This document shows positions 50,450 to 62,884 of a stretch of DNA of 64,000 nucleotides, one piece after another. This stretch comes from Chiloscyllium plagiosum. Lineage: Eukaryota. The stretch is from positions 65,157,866 to 65,221,865 of the forward strand of contig NC_057719.1 in the NCBI RefSeq assembly GCF_004010195.1, read 5' to 3'. The notes beneath the pieces were generated by a model. The model had not been told where the DNA came from and ran no database searches. It saw only the letters and a program-made list of their open reading frames with translations. The position numbers were made by a program, and so were the translations under genes. The first letter of the stretch is position 1. Each line of letters starts with the position of its first letter.

Positions 50450-50830
50450 GAGAACCCCAGTACTGTAATCCAATGTGATTTATTCCATGTGATATTGAAA
50501 AATAACTGAAGGCACTGGATTGTAAAAGCTGTGGTCCATGGCAACATCCCTGCTGTTGTACTGAAGATTTGTGCTCCAGAACTAACCACTCCTCTAGCCA
50601 AGCTGTTCCAGTACAACTATAGCACTAACATCTAGCTAACAATGCACTGGAACTGCACTGATATGTTACATCAATGAAAAGCAAGACAAATTCAACCAAA
50701 TTAATTACCACCAAAATACCACCAATTCTAGAACTCAATCCCAACATCACTTTACTAACTCCCTATGGATACAACAGTTCAAGGTGGTGACTTGCCACTT
50801 TCTGTTCAAAGGTAGGAAATAAATTGGTCA
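50450..50830 (+). mobile_element. Old CR1-like LINE relic
   Basis: VLKICAPELTTPLAKLFQY-type translation; similar to 59560-59700. Confidence 0.55.
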
Positions 50831-51783
50831 TACCACACTCCCTCTCAGAAATAAATCTGAAAATTTACAATTCAAAGACTTTGTTCTTATTCTAAATACA
50901 GAAGTTGACTACCACCAGCTACAGCCTCATATTTTCAACCACATTCAAGTATCACAGATTGGGTTAATTTAGAGGAGCACCATTTAGTTAATTTGCAAAA
51001 AAGAGTTAATTGATTTGGTAAGGACTGGGCAGAAACCCAAAGTTGTCTGTATATTTGTCTCTGCTCTGCACTTTGCCTTTGAAGAAAAGCCAATGGAAAA
51101 TCAGCCTATTTATTAAAATACCCCATGTGAAGGATGCTGTGATGGCAGACCCATCAGACATTGCTGACAGAAAACAGGCCACATTCAGCAAAGGTCGAGT
51201 TTCAAAGCTTTCATTAATCTCAAACATTAACGAGTATTTGAGTCTGAAGATTAAAGTTTTATGAAGCAAAGTGGTGGAATGTGGCTGAAATATGGCTGTG
51301 TGGGGAGAAGTAAAAGATTTGAGCTACATTAGTGGCAATTCTCTGTAAATGGTGCGTTTGAAGATTGTTACTTTGGGGATTCATTTCACTCACATGGCGC
51401 TACATACCATATTGCATCACCTTGACAGAAAACACAACCTCTGGATTTTTTTGTTTAGTCATGTCGAGATGATTTCATTGAACAGTTTTGCAGTTCATGA
51501 TTGTTTAAACATTTTCTTAATAATGTGCCAAGATGTCTGAGTAAATGAACATGGCAAAGTTAAGAGGGATTGTGTAAGACAGTTGCAGGAAATAACGGAA
51601 TTGGCGGTATATCATTACATATTAATATATTTGTCCAGGAACAGATAAAGACCATTGAGCCCCGTGAAAAAACAGATAACCATTGATATTGTCAACAGTG
51701 AATCAGGGGTTTGATGCATTAAAGTGTCTTAGAATGTAAATGCATCACTTAACAAATACTGTTACAAGAAAGGCTTTGAGTTT

Positions 51784-52132
51784 AGTACCAACAAATCTCC
51801 CATGACCTTATGGTGCTTTGGAAAGCCCCGCCTATTTTATATTTGGAAATCCAAACTTGTTGTACTTTGTATTTAACAAATCACGGATTATAGTGTAGCA
51901 AGTTATATCAAATTCTATAGCTGGTGTTAATCTTGCTTTTGCTTTTCCTAAATGTTTCCAGTACCAACAAATCTCCCATGACCTTATGGTGCTTTGGAAA
52001 GCCCTGCCTATTTTACATTTGGAAATCCAAACTTGTACTTTGTATTTAACAAATCACGGATTATAGTGTAGCAAGTTATATCAAATTCTATAGCTGGTGT
52101 TAATCTTGCTTTTGCTTTTCCTAAATGTTTCC
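51784..52132 (+). repeat. Tandem duplication, units of 176 and 173 bp
   Basis: 51784-51959 versus 51960-52132: two substitutions and one 3-bp indel. Confidence 0.95.
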
Positions 52133-53224
52133 TCTTATCCCTTCTTCACTTCCTGTCACTTCTTCACTTCACTGCCTTTTCAAGACCTCTCATTCTGTGC
52201 TGCTTTCTGATCTTGCTCTCACTTTTCACTAATCCCTGTCTTTTCTTTCCTGAACTTTCTCTCTGCTTTCCCAATTCCCCATTTCCTATTTTGATCACTA
52301 CTCATTATCCTCTCTTCACCTAGCCCCTTCCACTGGATAGAAATGATGATCAAATTCATGAACACACTTGCAGACCCAACCATGATACAATGTCTTAACT
52401 TCCTCTAAAACACAGCTACCTTCACTAATGTCTAAGTATGCAGTGAAATTTCAGAAGTGCTGCCATCATGGCTCTGGATGCAAGTGTGCAAGGTCTCACA
52501 ATCTTCCTATAATCTTGCTCCATCAAGGCCGTCGGCAGGTATGGCATCCTGCTGGAAGCTGTGTATTTCTGCTCCTGTTCCTCCCTCTTTGATCAATTTG
52601 TTCTGCTCTGTGTGACCTCTGCTCATTCTCCCACTTATGGTCAAAGCAAAAGGAAGTCCTTCAGTGCAAACATATCTGACAGCAGTTCTGAACAAAAGCC
52701 TTGAAGTCAGCCAAAGATCTTTCAGCACCAGCCACACCACTTGCTGTAGATCTTTGTGAATTGAAATATCAAATACTTGTAGAATTACTACATAGTGCCA
52801 GAAGAAATCAACCAGTAATTAATATTGTAATCAATGATCCTTTGAAAACACTCTTGTAATATCCTGCCGGCTGTTTAACAAGTGTTCTAAATATGGACTT
52901 TTCAAAGTAATTCACTTTGCAACTTAGCCTTTGGGCTATGAATGCATTTCTTGCAGAAAAAAAACATGGCTATTATTATCTAGGTCTGTCAGGTTAAGGT
53001 AATGCTGGCTGGAATACATGCATCTGAATCAACAGCCCGTGTATAAATTCAGTTTTACATACTGACATTGCTATTTTGCTGATTTACAGACATGTGTTGG
53101 GTATTCTGCACACACTAAGAGCTTCCCAGTAATGCAATTCATTGCAAAACTTTACATGGGTGCAACGGACAACATTCTACAGACTGGGCAAATGTAAAGA
53201 TAGAGTTGCCCTGTTCTTAACAAT

Positions 53225-53395
53225 CCATAGCGAGATTGATTGTGGTTTAACCAAAGGGTCACCACCCTTCAGGTGAGGGGAGAGGTTCAGAAGGAGAGTC
53301 CTTTATGGTAAACTCAGCTGGTGCAGAAAATTGAACTTATGTTATTGGCATCACTCTGCATTGTAAACCAGCCTTCCAGTCAAATGAGCCCCTGT
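53225..53395 (-). mobile_element. tRNA-derived SINE head relic
   Basis: Minus strand gctcatttgactggaaggctggttt...gttcaattttctgcaccagctgag. Confidence 0.45.
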
Positions 53396-54264
53396 AACAT
53401 CTAAACAACAGCTGTGGCTGTCTAATTTCCTTCCCAATTTTTATGAACTTAGACTTGTCGAGATGGAATGCCACTTTCTGTGTAACGTTTGTTTGTGTAA
53501 TGATCATTACAAATGTACTTCTTGTCCTTTTTTGGGAGCTTTTCAATTCAGGGTTACAGTTCTCTCTGTATTACGTTCTTTATGCTCAGCATCACATTTC
53601 CACGTATGCTTTCTAGCCAACTCATTTAACACTAACATTTATAAAATAAAAATCTTTCTCAAAATAGTAAATACTGGTATTTACAACTGCATTAATAATT
53701 GCACAGAGAAAATTTAAATCTGTCTTGTCTATTTTGGACCTCTCACAGTACAGATGCAATGGCTTCAAATTTATTTCTAGCCTATAATCATGCATATTGC
53801 CAATACTCTCAAGTGATTTTCTAAATATTTATTGTTCCTTTGTTAATGATGCAGTCTTGTAAATTAACCTTGTAAGCTATTTGGCTTTGCATTGCAATAA
53901 TAAACCCGGGATTGATGGAGATTGATACTTCTGTTCAATTCCATCAAACATTTTAATGTTCGTGTGAATAAAGCTTGACATTTTCTTGAAGTTTCTATTA
54001 ATTTTGCCACTTTTGTAGTTAAATCTTCTTATTTTTAATGGAGTTCCTTTGAAAATTACTATGGAACACACACAACATTCTCCACCAAGGCTCCAGGTTT
54101 TCTTTAATATTTCCATGTACAGGCACTGTGGTTGTGATCAGTTTAGAACAGTTGACCCTGAAGTAGTTCATAAGTGATTTTTTTCTGTCAAATCATAAAA
54201 TTCGAAACTTATTTGCTTGATTCCAATTATGTCAGTAAAATGTTAGAAACATTTAGTTTGTGTC

Positions 54265-54866
54265 TATTGGGAGGTCATGTTGCGGCTGTACAGCCATTGG
54301 TTAGGCCACTGTTGGAATGTTGTGTGCAATTCTGGTCTCCTTCTTATCGGAAAGATGTTGTGAAACTTGAAAGGGTTCAGAAAAGATTTACAAGGGTTTT
54401 GCCAGGGTTGGAGGATTTGAGCTATAGGGTGAGACTGAACAGGTTGGGACCGTTTTCCCTGGAGCGTCGGAGGCTGAGGGGTGAACTTATAGAGGTTTAC
54501 AAAATTATGAGGGGCATGGATAGGGTAAATAGACAAAATCTTTTTCCTGGGGTCGGGGAGTCCAGAACTAGAGGGCATAGGTTTAGGGTGAGAGGGGAAA
54601 GATATAAAAGAGACCTACGAGGCAACTGTTTCACACAGAGGGTGGTACGTGTATGGAATGAGCTGCCAGAGGAAGTGGTGGAGGCTGGTACAATTGCAAC
54701 ATTTAAGAGGCATTTGGATGGGTATATGAATAGGAAGGGTTTGGAGGGATATGGGCCGGTTGCTGGAAAGTGGGACTAGTTTGGGTTGGGATATCTGGTC
54801 GGCATGTACGGGTTGGACCGAAGAGTCAGTTTCCATGCTTTCCATCTCTATGACTCTATGACTCTA
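54265..54866 (+). mobile_element. Young 5'-truncated CR1 (HER1-like) 3' copy
   Basis: Open frame LVRPLLECCVQFWSP...GKWD* followed by (CTATGACT)n tail. Confidence 0.92.
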
Positions 54867-56040
54867 TTTGGACTTCAGTCAGGCATTCGACAAAGTTCCT
54901 TATGATAAATGACATGGAATACAGAGAGAACTAGCCATTTGGATACCAAACTGGCTCAAAGGTAGAAAACAAAGAGTGGTGGTGGAGGGTTGCTTTTCAG
55001 ACTGGAGACCTGGGAGCAATGGTGTGCCACACGGATTGGTGCTGGGTCCTCTACTTTTCATCATTTTTATAAATGATTTGGATGTGAAAATAGGTGGTAT
55101 GGTTAGTAAGCTTGCAGATGACACCAAAATTGGAAGTGCAGTGGATAGCGAAGAAGGTTACCACAGAGTACATTAGGATCTTGATCAGATGGGCCAATGG
55201 GCTGAGAAGTGGCAGATGCAGTTTAATTTAGATAAATATGAGGTGTTGCATTTTGTAAAGATAAGTCACAGTAGGACTTTTACACTTAGTGGTAAGGTCC
55301 TAGGGAGTGTTGCTGAACAAATAGACCTTGGAGTGCAAGTTCATAGTTTCTTGAACGTTAGAGTTTCAAGTAGATAGGATAGTGAAAAAGACCTTTAGTA
55401 TGCTTTCCTTTATTGGTCAGAGCATTGAGTATAGAAGTTGGGAGGTCATGTTGCAACTGTACAGGACATTGGTTAGGCCACTTTTGGAATATTATGTGCA
55501 ATTCTGGTCTCCCTCCTACAGGAAAGATATTGTAAAACTTGAAAGGGTTCAGAAAAGATTTACAAGAACGTTGCCAGAGTTGGAGAGTTTGAACTACTGG
55601 GAGAGGCTGAATAGGCAGGGCTGTTTTCCCTGGATCTTTGGAGACTGAGGGGTGACCATACAGAGGTTTATTAAGCCATGAGGGACATAGATAGGGTAAA
55701 CAGGCAAGGTCTTTTCCCTGCGGTGGGTGAGTCCAAAACTAAAAGGCATAGGTTTTAAGGTAAGAGGAGAAAAAATTTAAAGGGACCTAAGGGGCAATTT
55801 TTCAGGCAGAAGGTGGTGCATGTATGGAATCATCTGCTAGAGAAAGTGTTAGAGGCTGGTACAATTATAACATTTAGAAGGTATCTGGAAGGCTAAATGA
55901 ATAGGAAGGATTTGGACGGATATGGGACAAATGCTGGCAAATGGGATTAGATTAATTTAATAATCTAAATCCAATATCTGGATGCATTGGACCCAAGAGT
56001 AAGTTTCCATGCTGTATATCTCTCTGACTCTATGACCCTA
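54866..56040 (+). mobile_element. CR1 RT plus 3' UTR fragment
   Basis: DFSQAFDKVP, GVPHGLVLGPLLF, KLADDTK and LVRPLLEYYVQFW. Confidence 0.9.
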
Positions 56041-56829
56041 TTACTGTTTGAATGGCTCACCAGTTCTAATGTGAGTGAGGTCTATCAGACTGAAATCTCT
56101 TTCTAAGTGTAGGAACTGTCTTTTTCTAGCTGGACATCCAAAATTTAATCAAGACTGGAAATTGCTGGTATTATACAAGTGTTCCATAAAGCTTTGTACT
56201 TCTGTTAGATGAGCTGTAAAAAATGAAAGTTCAGTCTGAAATCTAGCAATAATTTTCCATGATAGTCACACATACAGTGTAACTTAGTTTTAATTCATAA
56301 GCAATCCATTGCAGTTAATAGCGCAGCTATGCATTTCTGTGTACTGCTTTTGGTAAGTTTTAAATTCAAAAGAAGTATTTTCCCCTGAGAAGCATGATGC
56401 GAGTAATCACAATACGGCAGGGTTACTTTATATGGTTGTGGACCATGTGCAACACCATGAATGATGGCTTAGCAGTCTTTAGCAGAATGATACTCCCATT
56501 ACTTTGTATGAAGGAAATAACAAACATTCGCACCTCAAATCAGTGACACTAACATACATGTCAGCTATATCTCAGCTCATGCAATCTTTCTTTTGAATCA
56601 GAACACTGTGAGTTCTAAATCCACTCCAGAGATTTGAACATAAATTCCGAGGCTGAACCTCCAGTGCTCAAGTTGAGAGAATGCTGCACAGTCAGAGGTG
56701 ATTTCTTTAACATTTCATTTGAAAGACAGGCTTCATCAGCCTTCTTGGATTCCATGTCATTATTTGAAGAACAGCAGGGAAATTGTGCTGGGAAATATTT
56801 CAGCTTTCAAATAACATCACTAAAGTAAT

Positions 56830-56975
56830 GTAAAACAGTTCTACAGAAGAGTCATATCAAACATGAAAAATTAACTCTGTTTTCTCTCTCCACGGGTACC
56901 ACCAGATCTATGAGTTTCTTTGGAATTCTCTATTTTTATTTCAGATTTCCAGCATCGGCAGTATTTTTGCTTTAA
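56830..56975 (+). mobile_element. Penelope-like terminal repeat relic (family B)
   Basis: cagttctacagaagagtca...GAAAaattaactctgttttctctctccac...atttccagcatcggcagt. Confidence 0.55.
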
Positions 56976-57849
56976 CTAAGACACGATCTGGACATTATCA
57001 CTGAGGCTTGGGGTATGGATGACTTGGCTGTCACTTTTACAGATCAATTATACTTAATTAGGGGACTTTTCCTATGCTGTACATCTCTCTGACTTTATGA
57101 CTTTTAGGAACTTTCACAATCTCCAACTTTTCAAAGTAAATCTTGCTAATACCTGTGATTTCAAAACCTTTTAAAATCTGGTACATTTCTGTTCATTTTA
57201 CCTGCATAAATTTATATTTTAGGGAAAATCGTCTTCTGTGATTTGTGAAATTAGAACAGGCCATCAAGGACCTTGAGAAAATGTAGCATTCCTTTTAATA
57301 TCAGGGGTTTTCTGGCAATGAGTCATGGAAATCAGAGGTTAAAGCATTGTTTGTTGTGTGCTAAATTTGTGCGCCATCAACTGAATGATAAATAGACCTC
57401 TGTCTGTGTGCTGGCTGATCTCTTACACTTCCACAAGAAATGTGTTTATTCTGTAATTATTTCTGACCCTAACAAATCCAGTAGGCCTGAGGGGAGCAGG
57501 GGGATCATATTCCATAAACAAAGTGTGATGTGATTAATGGTGGGAAAGGTAGCATTATGGTTGTGCTACCAGATTATCACAATATGAATTCAAACCTCAG
57601 CAGTACATTTAAATCCATGCACCCTTTGCCCCAGTTTTGAATAACTAGCCGCAGCAATGGGCTGACCATTAAACTACCAGACTGTCAGAAAACCCATCAT
57701 GTTCACAAATACCTTTCAAGGAAGGAAGGCTGCTGTACTTACTCATCTTCTTTGTCTGGTCTCTGTGCTTCTAGACTTACAATAAATGTGGTTAACTTTA
57801 AAACACACATTGAAATGATCAAGCAGCCAAAGCAATTGTACTAAATTGT

Positions 57850-60490
57850 TATAACACAATTAACATAAGAATAAAAGCTCTCAGGTCATTTGGCATAAAC
57901 CTGTGTGTCAAAACATCTCGGGAACTTTGCTGAAATTGAGAGGAGTCCCAGAGGTTAGTCAAGCAACAGCACTACATAAATGCGCTCAAAGAATTTCACC
58001 TTTGAATCAATGTCCCAAACTCCTCCATCACTACCTCTAGGTATAACCATCAGCAGTTCAGACCTCTTTAGAGATGGGATTGAGGGAGGCAGTACCATAG
58101 TGGCACTGTTATTGGACTAGTGATCCTGAACTCTAAGCTAGAATTCTGGGGACATGTATTGAAATCCCACCAAGGCAGATAAATGTTAGACTCAGTGCAG
58201 TTCCAAATTAAAAGCTGGTCTAATTGTGACCGTGAAAAAGCCCATTCAGTTTACTAAGGTCCTTTAGTGAAGGAAATGCCATTCAGACTGGCTTTTGTGT
58301 GACTTCAAACCCACAACAATGTGGTTAACTCTTAACTGCCTTCAAATACAGTCTAGACAATAAATTAGTTCCAGGATAACTAGGGACACGCAACAAATGC
58401 TGGCCCTGCCAGTGAGACCAACATCCCATGCAAGAATTAAATAATAAAAAGTCCAGTCAGGAGTGAATGATTTGAAACATTAACTCAATGAGGGCCCATG
58501 AGTTCCAATGAAAATGGGAAAGACAGCCTCCTGCTAATCACCCTGTCTCAGCTGAAAACTCAATACTTGATGTTGAAAATTACTTCAAAGAAACACTGTG
58601 GAAGGTAAAGGCCCAAATTGGACTCTGGATGGGTACTTCATGTCAGTAACACCATTATATATCAAGCTGACCAAATCCTAACTGCTAGATTGTGTTGGTG
58701 TAGGTGTTGAGAGAACCAACACAAAGGTAAAATGTATTTAATCAAGTCCTCATGAAAGGTGTCTGCTATAGCTAATCTCTATATGGCATTATTTGTAGGA
58801 GAGACCACTGCACAGACCTTATGAAAATGAAGACAAAATCTCTGCCTCCATATTGCATATACCTTCCATTGTGTTGTGTGGCACTGTCATGATGTTAAAT
58901 GGGATAGATTTCTAACAGCTGAAAATGTGTTGCTGAAAAGTGCAGCAGGTCAGGCAGCATCCAAGGAGCAGGAGATTCGACCTGCTGTGCTTTTCCAGCA
59001 ACACATTTTCAGCTCTGATCTCCAGCATCTGCAGTCCTCACTTTCTCCTAGTAGATTTCTAACAGGTCCAGCAACTCAAAACTGGACATCCCTGAGGCAC
59101 TGCAGCCATCAACAGCTGCAGAACTATATTCACCTTCAACCTCATTGCCTAGTATATCCTTCATTCTACTATTACCAGCAAACCAGGGGATTTACCCTAG
59201 AAAAATAACAAGGCATATTTGGAGATAAGGTACCAACCTTGTGAAGCTGTTACACATGCATGTTAACTGGCAATAAGCTACAAAATAGGTGTTTGCATGA
59301 TCTGATCAATGATCTACGGTATTTCCTGGTGCAATCATGAAAGGTTCTGTGAGAGTTCTTGTCCTCAATAATGGCAGTGTTCAGTATGTAAGTACAGAAT
59401 ACAAGCCTAGAGCATTTGAACCTAACTTCAGCTAGAAATACTGAGTGAATGATCGATCTTGTCTCCTCCTGGGGTGCCCAGCATCACAGATGGCTGACTT
59501 CAGCCAATTTGATTCACTCTATGAGATTAAGAAACACCCAGAAGGACTAAAGGCAGCTAAGGGCTATTGGGCCTGACAGCATTCTCGAGCTGAAGATTCA
59601 CATTCCAGACTTATCTGTGGCTCTATCCAAGCTATTCTTGTAAAGTTACAAAACTGACATCTACACAATGAAGTGGAATATTACCCATGATGTATCCAAT
59701 CCAGCAAATTACTGCACCAAGTGCTATCAAGAAGCAATTATGCAGCAAGACCCTCAGCAATGCTCAGTTTAGATCCTTCTTCAAAGGGTCATTGATTTCT
59801 AGTCTTCATCACAGTCATGGTCTGAATATATACAAAAAACCTGAATTCCAGAAATGACTGTCCTTGATATCAGGTAGCCTTTAGTGCTGTTTCAAAGGGT
59901 TCCAGCAAAATTGGAGTCCAGTATGAATTGGGAAATATTCTCTAATGCTTGAAGTAAAGGCAAACATTTGGAGTCAGACCAACCACAACAAAGATGATTG
60001 CAGTTGTTGGAGGCTAATCTTCTCAGTCCCAGGACATCATTGCAGGAGTTCCTCAGACTATTTCTAGTTCCAAGTGTGATTACCAATAATTACTTTCAAA
60101 AGATCAGCAGTGGGATGTTTGCAAATGATTATTCAATGCAATTCATAACTCCTCAGCGAAGCAGTCAGTATCCATATGCAGCAAGATCTGGGCAACATCA
60201 GGCTTGGGCTGATAAGTGACAAGTTATATTCACACCATCCATTTGTCAGGTGATGACTGACTGTAAAAAGAAAGAATTTAAACATCTACACTTGATGTCC
60301 AATACCATTGTTTTCTGGACTAACTTAACACCCATCAACGTCTTGTAAATCCTTTCCAAACAGCAGTATGGATGCATCTATAGGACACAGACTGGAGCAG
60401 TCAAGCAGGTAGCTCACCACCACTTTGGAAAATAAATTGGGGATGGCCAAAAAATGCTGACTGTGCCAATGATGCTCACATATCAGGAAT
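57850..60490 (+). mobile_element. Highly decayed CR1-like LINE with nested SINE-like repeat (58085-58450) and Penelope-like insertion
   Basis: Scattered LINE motifs (gctattgggcctgacagcatt, ccttgatatca, caggagttcctcag, gtttgcaaatgatt, ggcttgggctgataagtg). Confidence 0.55.
58919..59051. mobile_element. Penelope-like fold-back mini-element (family A) lacking the hammerhead, 14-bp TSD
   Basis: tagatttctaacag at 58905-58918 and 59052-59065; inverted arms. Confidence 0.85.
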
Positions 60491-61839
60491 ATTATTCAGT
60501 TTACTTGCGTCAATGCAGGAATTCTGGAAATTAGAAGGGATGTGGAAATCCTTCAGCAGACGGAAGATAACGTTAGTGAAGGATCTAAATCAGCAGTTCA
60601 CCTTTTAATGGATGTTAAAAATACTTTAGCAGCAGAGTAGCATTTTAAAAACACTGGCATCCTGTTTTCACGTTTACTAAAGCAATTTCCTAATAGAATG
60701 ATGGGTGTACGTTGACACATGATTGCAGTAGTTAATGAAAGTGGCTCACATCCAAAGGCACTTAGGATTGGGGAACAAATTCTGGCCAGCCATTCAATGT
60801 TTGCATCTTGTGAAAGAATAAATTAAACAAAGTGTAATGAAAGCAGAGTAACATATTCAAAATTAACTGGAAATAATACGACTTTACCAGTTCACAGCCT
60901 GGAAATGAACTCAACCATTATAAATGAAAGCATTTGTGCACAGAATAAGACTGGAAATTAGCAAACAAAAACCAAAGTAAAGGCTCTTAAAGAGGCTAGA
61001 GTAGAATCTCAAGTCAAGCAAGATTTTATAAGTGTGGTTTATTATTCCTTCTTCTCTTCTTGACCTGTCTGCAGCATTTATTACAATTAATCCCACTGTC
61101 TTTTCTCTCCTCCAACTTGAAGAAACTGCCTTCACCTGATCCCATTATTCTTGTTGTCCATGCTTTGGACACTTTGACCAATTTATGTATTAAAAACATT
61201 TTCCCAAGTGCTCTTGTTGGTGAGGTGGACAAAGGGACACATAATTTGGTTTGTCATTCAACTTGATTTTATTAACAAAATGTTCCTTATTAAAAACATC
61301 ATGTGCGTATTTCCCAAATTCCCACAATGCTACCTCTGCCTACCTCTATCATCTGAGAAAGGATATTACCCACAACAATCCATGTGTTTGAACTGTTGGA
61401 ATCTCCTTCCTCTCTGACAAGGGCTGGCTCTCTTCCTTGAAGGAGGGTTACTCAGGTCAGGGCAGATCTTTTTGGGTTGCCGCAGAGTCTTGCTGTGAGT
61501 ATTTGCTGAGGGGTGGCTTCTAACTAAGTGCTTTTATCCCCCTCACATAGACCTTCCAGAATGTTCTGTGGCCTTTGGCCAATGGGGTCATGAGTGGGGT
61601 TCAATGCATTCATTGTGTTTGCACCAGCATCCTTCACTGTTGCCATGCAGGGAAGGTGTAAAGCATACATACTCAGGCACTGATTGGAAGTCAAGGTGCC
61701 AGAAAGTCTGATTGATACTTCTCCAATACATAACCCTCAGGCTGGTTGTAACTTTGTGACCTCTTTGATATTGGTTTATACTATTCTCTATAGCCGATGG
61801 CTGCTGTTGACTTTGATTTTGATAGAAAACTGACCAATG

Positions 61840-62020
61840 TAAAACGTGTGGTGCTGGAAAAACACAACATGTCAGGCAGCATTCTACATTCCTGAAGAAA
61901 GACTTATGCCCGAAACATTGACTCCCCTGCTCTTCGGATGCTGCTTGACCTACTGTGCTTTTCCAGCACCACATTTTTCGACTCTGACTCACTAGCATCT
62001 GCAGTCCTCACTTTCTCTCA
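61840..62020. mobile_element. Penelope-like fold-back mini-element (family A) with hammerhead at 61888-61923
   Basis: attcCTGAAGAaagacttatgcccGAAAcattgact; inverted arms. Confidence 0.75.
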
Positions 62021-62261
62021 ATTTTCTGTCATGCCCAGTTTTTCTGGCTATGGGTCAATTTAGATGTCCAATTTTTGGCCTGTGTCACGTGGCCACTTTC
62101 GTATTTGTCCAGTTGTATTCAGTGACTTTTCTGCATTCAATTCCCATCCCATCTCTGCAATGTAAACTCCAATTTCCCATTCATCTGCCCATTTATTATT
62201 GGATAATCCCCCTTTTTTTTCCATCTATGTGCTTCTCCTTGTGTTGTTATTTAAAAGCATC

Positions 62262-62880
62262 ATATCAGAATCATAGAAGTTTTACAGCACAGGAGGCCAT
62301 TCAGCCCACTGTGTCTGTATTCATTCTTCAAATGAGCATTTCATCTAATACTGTTTTTTCTGCCTTCTGACCATGACCCTTGCACCTTCATACTGTTCAA
62401 GTAGCCATGGAATTTCCTTTGGAATGCCTTGCTTGAATTCTCAGTCAGTGCATTGCAGACCCGAACCACTCACTACTTTTCAAAATATTACCTCTTAATT
62501 TTGCTTCTTTTACTAATTAAGTCTGTGCTCTCTAATTTTCCATCCCTTCGTGAATGACAGCATTTTCTTCCTATTCACTCTGTCTGTGATTTTGAATTAC
62601 ATAAAGCAGATCTCCTCTCAGCTTAGTCTTCCTGAAGGAAAACCATTCAGCTTCTCCAATGTAAATTCATAACTGAAATTCCTCTTTCCAGAGAGCAATC
62701 CTGTTCTGTACCTTCTCTAATGCTTTCATGGATGCAATATCCAGCAGGGGCCAAACCAGTGTCTTAATATAACTTTAACATAACCTCTTTGCTCTTGTGC
62801 TTTATGCCCCTATTAATAAAGCCTAGGATTCATTATGGTTTATGAACTACTCTTTCAACTTTTCTTACCACCTTTACTGA
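62262..62880 (-). mobile_element. Old CR1 3' relic
   Basis: Reverse complement of a CR1 3' region (aggaggccattcagccc; ctctcagcttagtcttcctgaagg). Confidence 0.6.
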
Positions 62881-62884
62881 CACA

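Noticed and set aside
52460..52620. Harbinger transposase N-terminal relic on the minus strand
   Set aside because: The resemblance needs several frameshifts over a short stretch, which is too weak to call.
54174..54779. 201-aa ORF as a functional gene
   Set aside because: It is the C-terminus of CR1 ORF2 from a 5'-truncated copy, fused by chance to upstream unique sequence.
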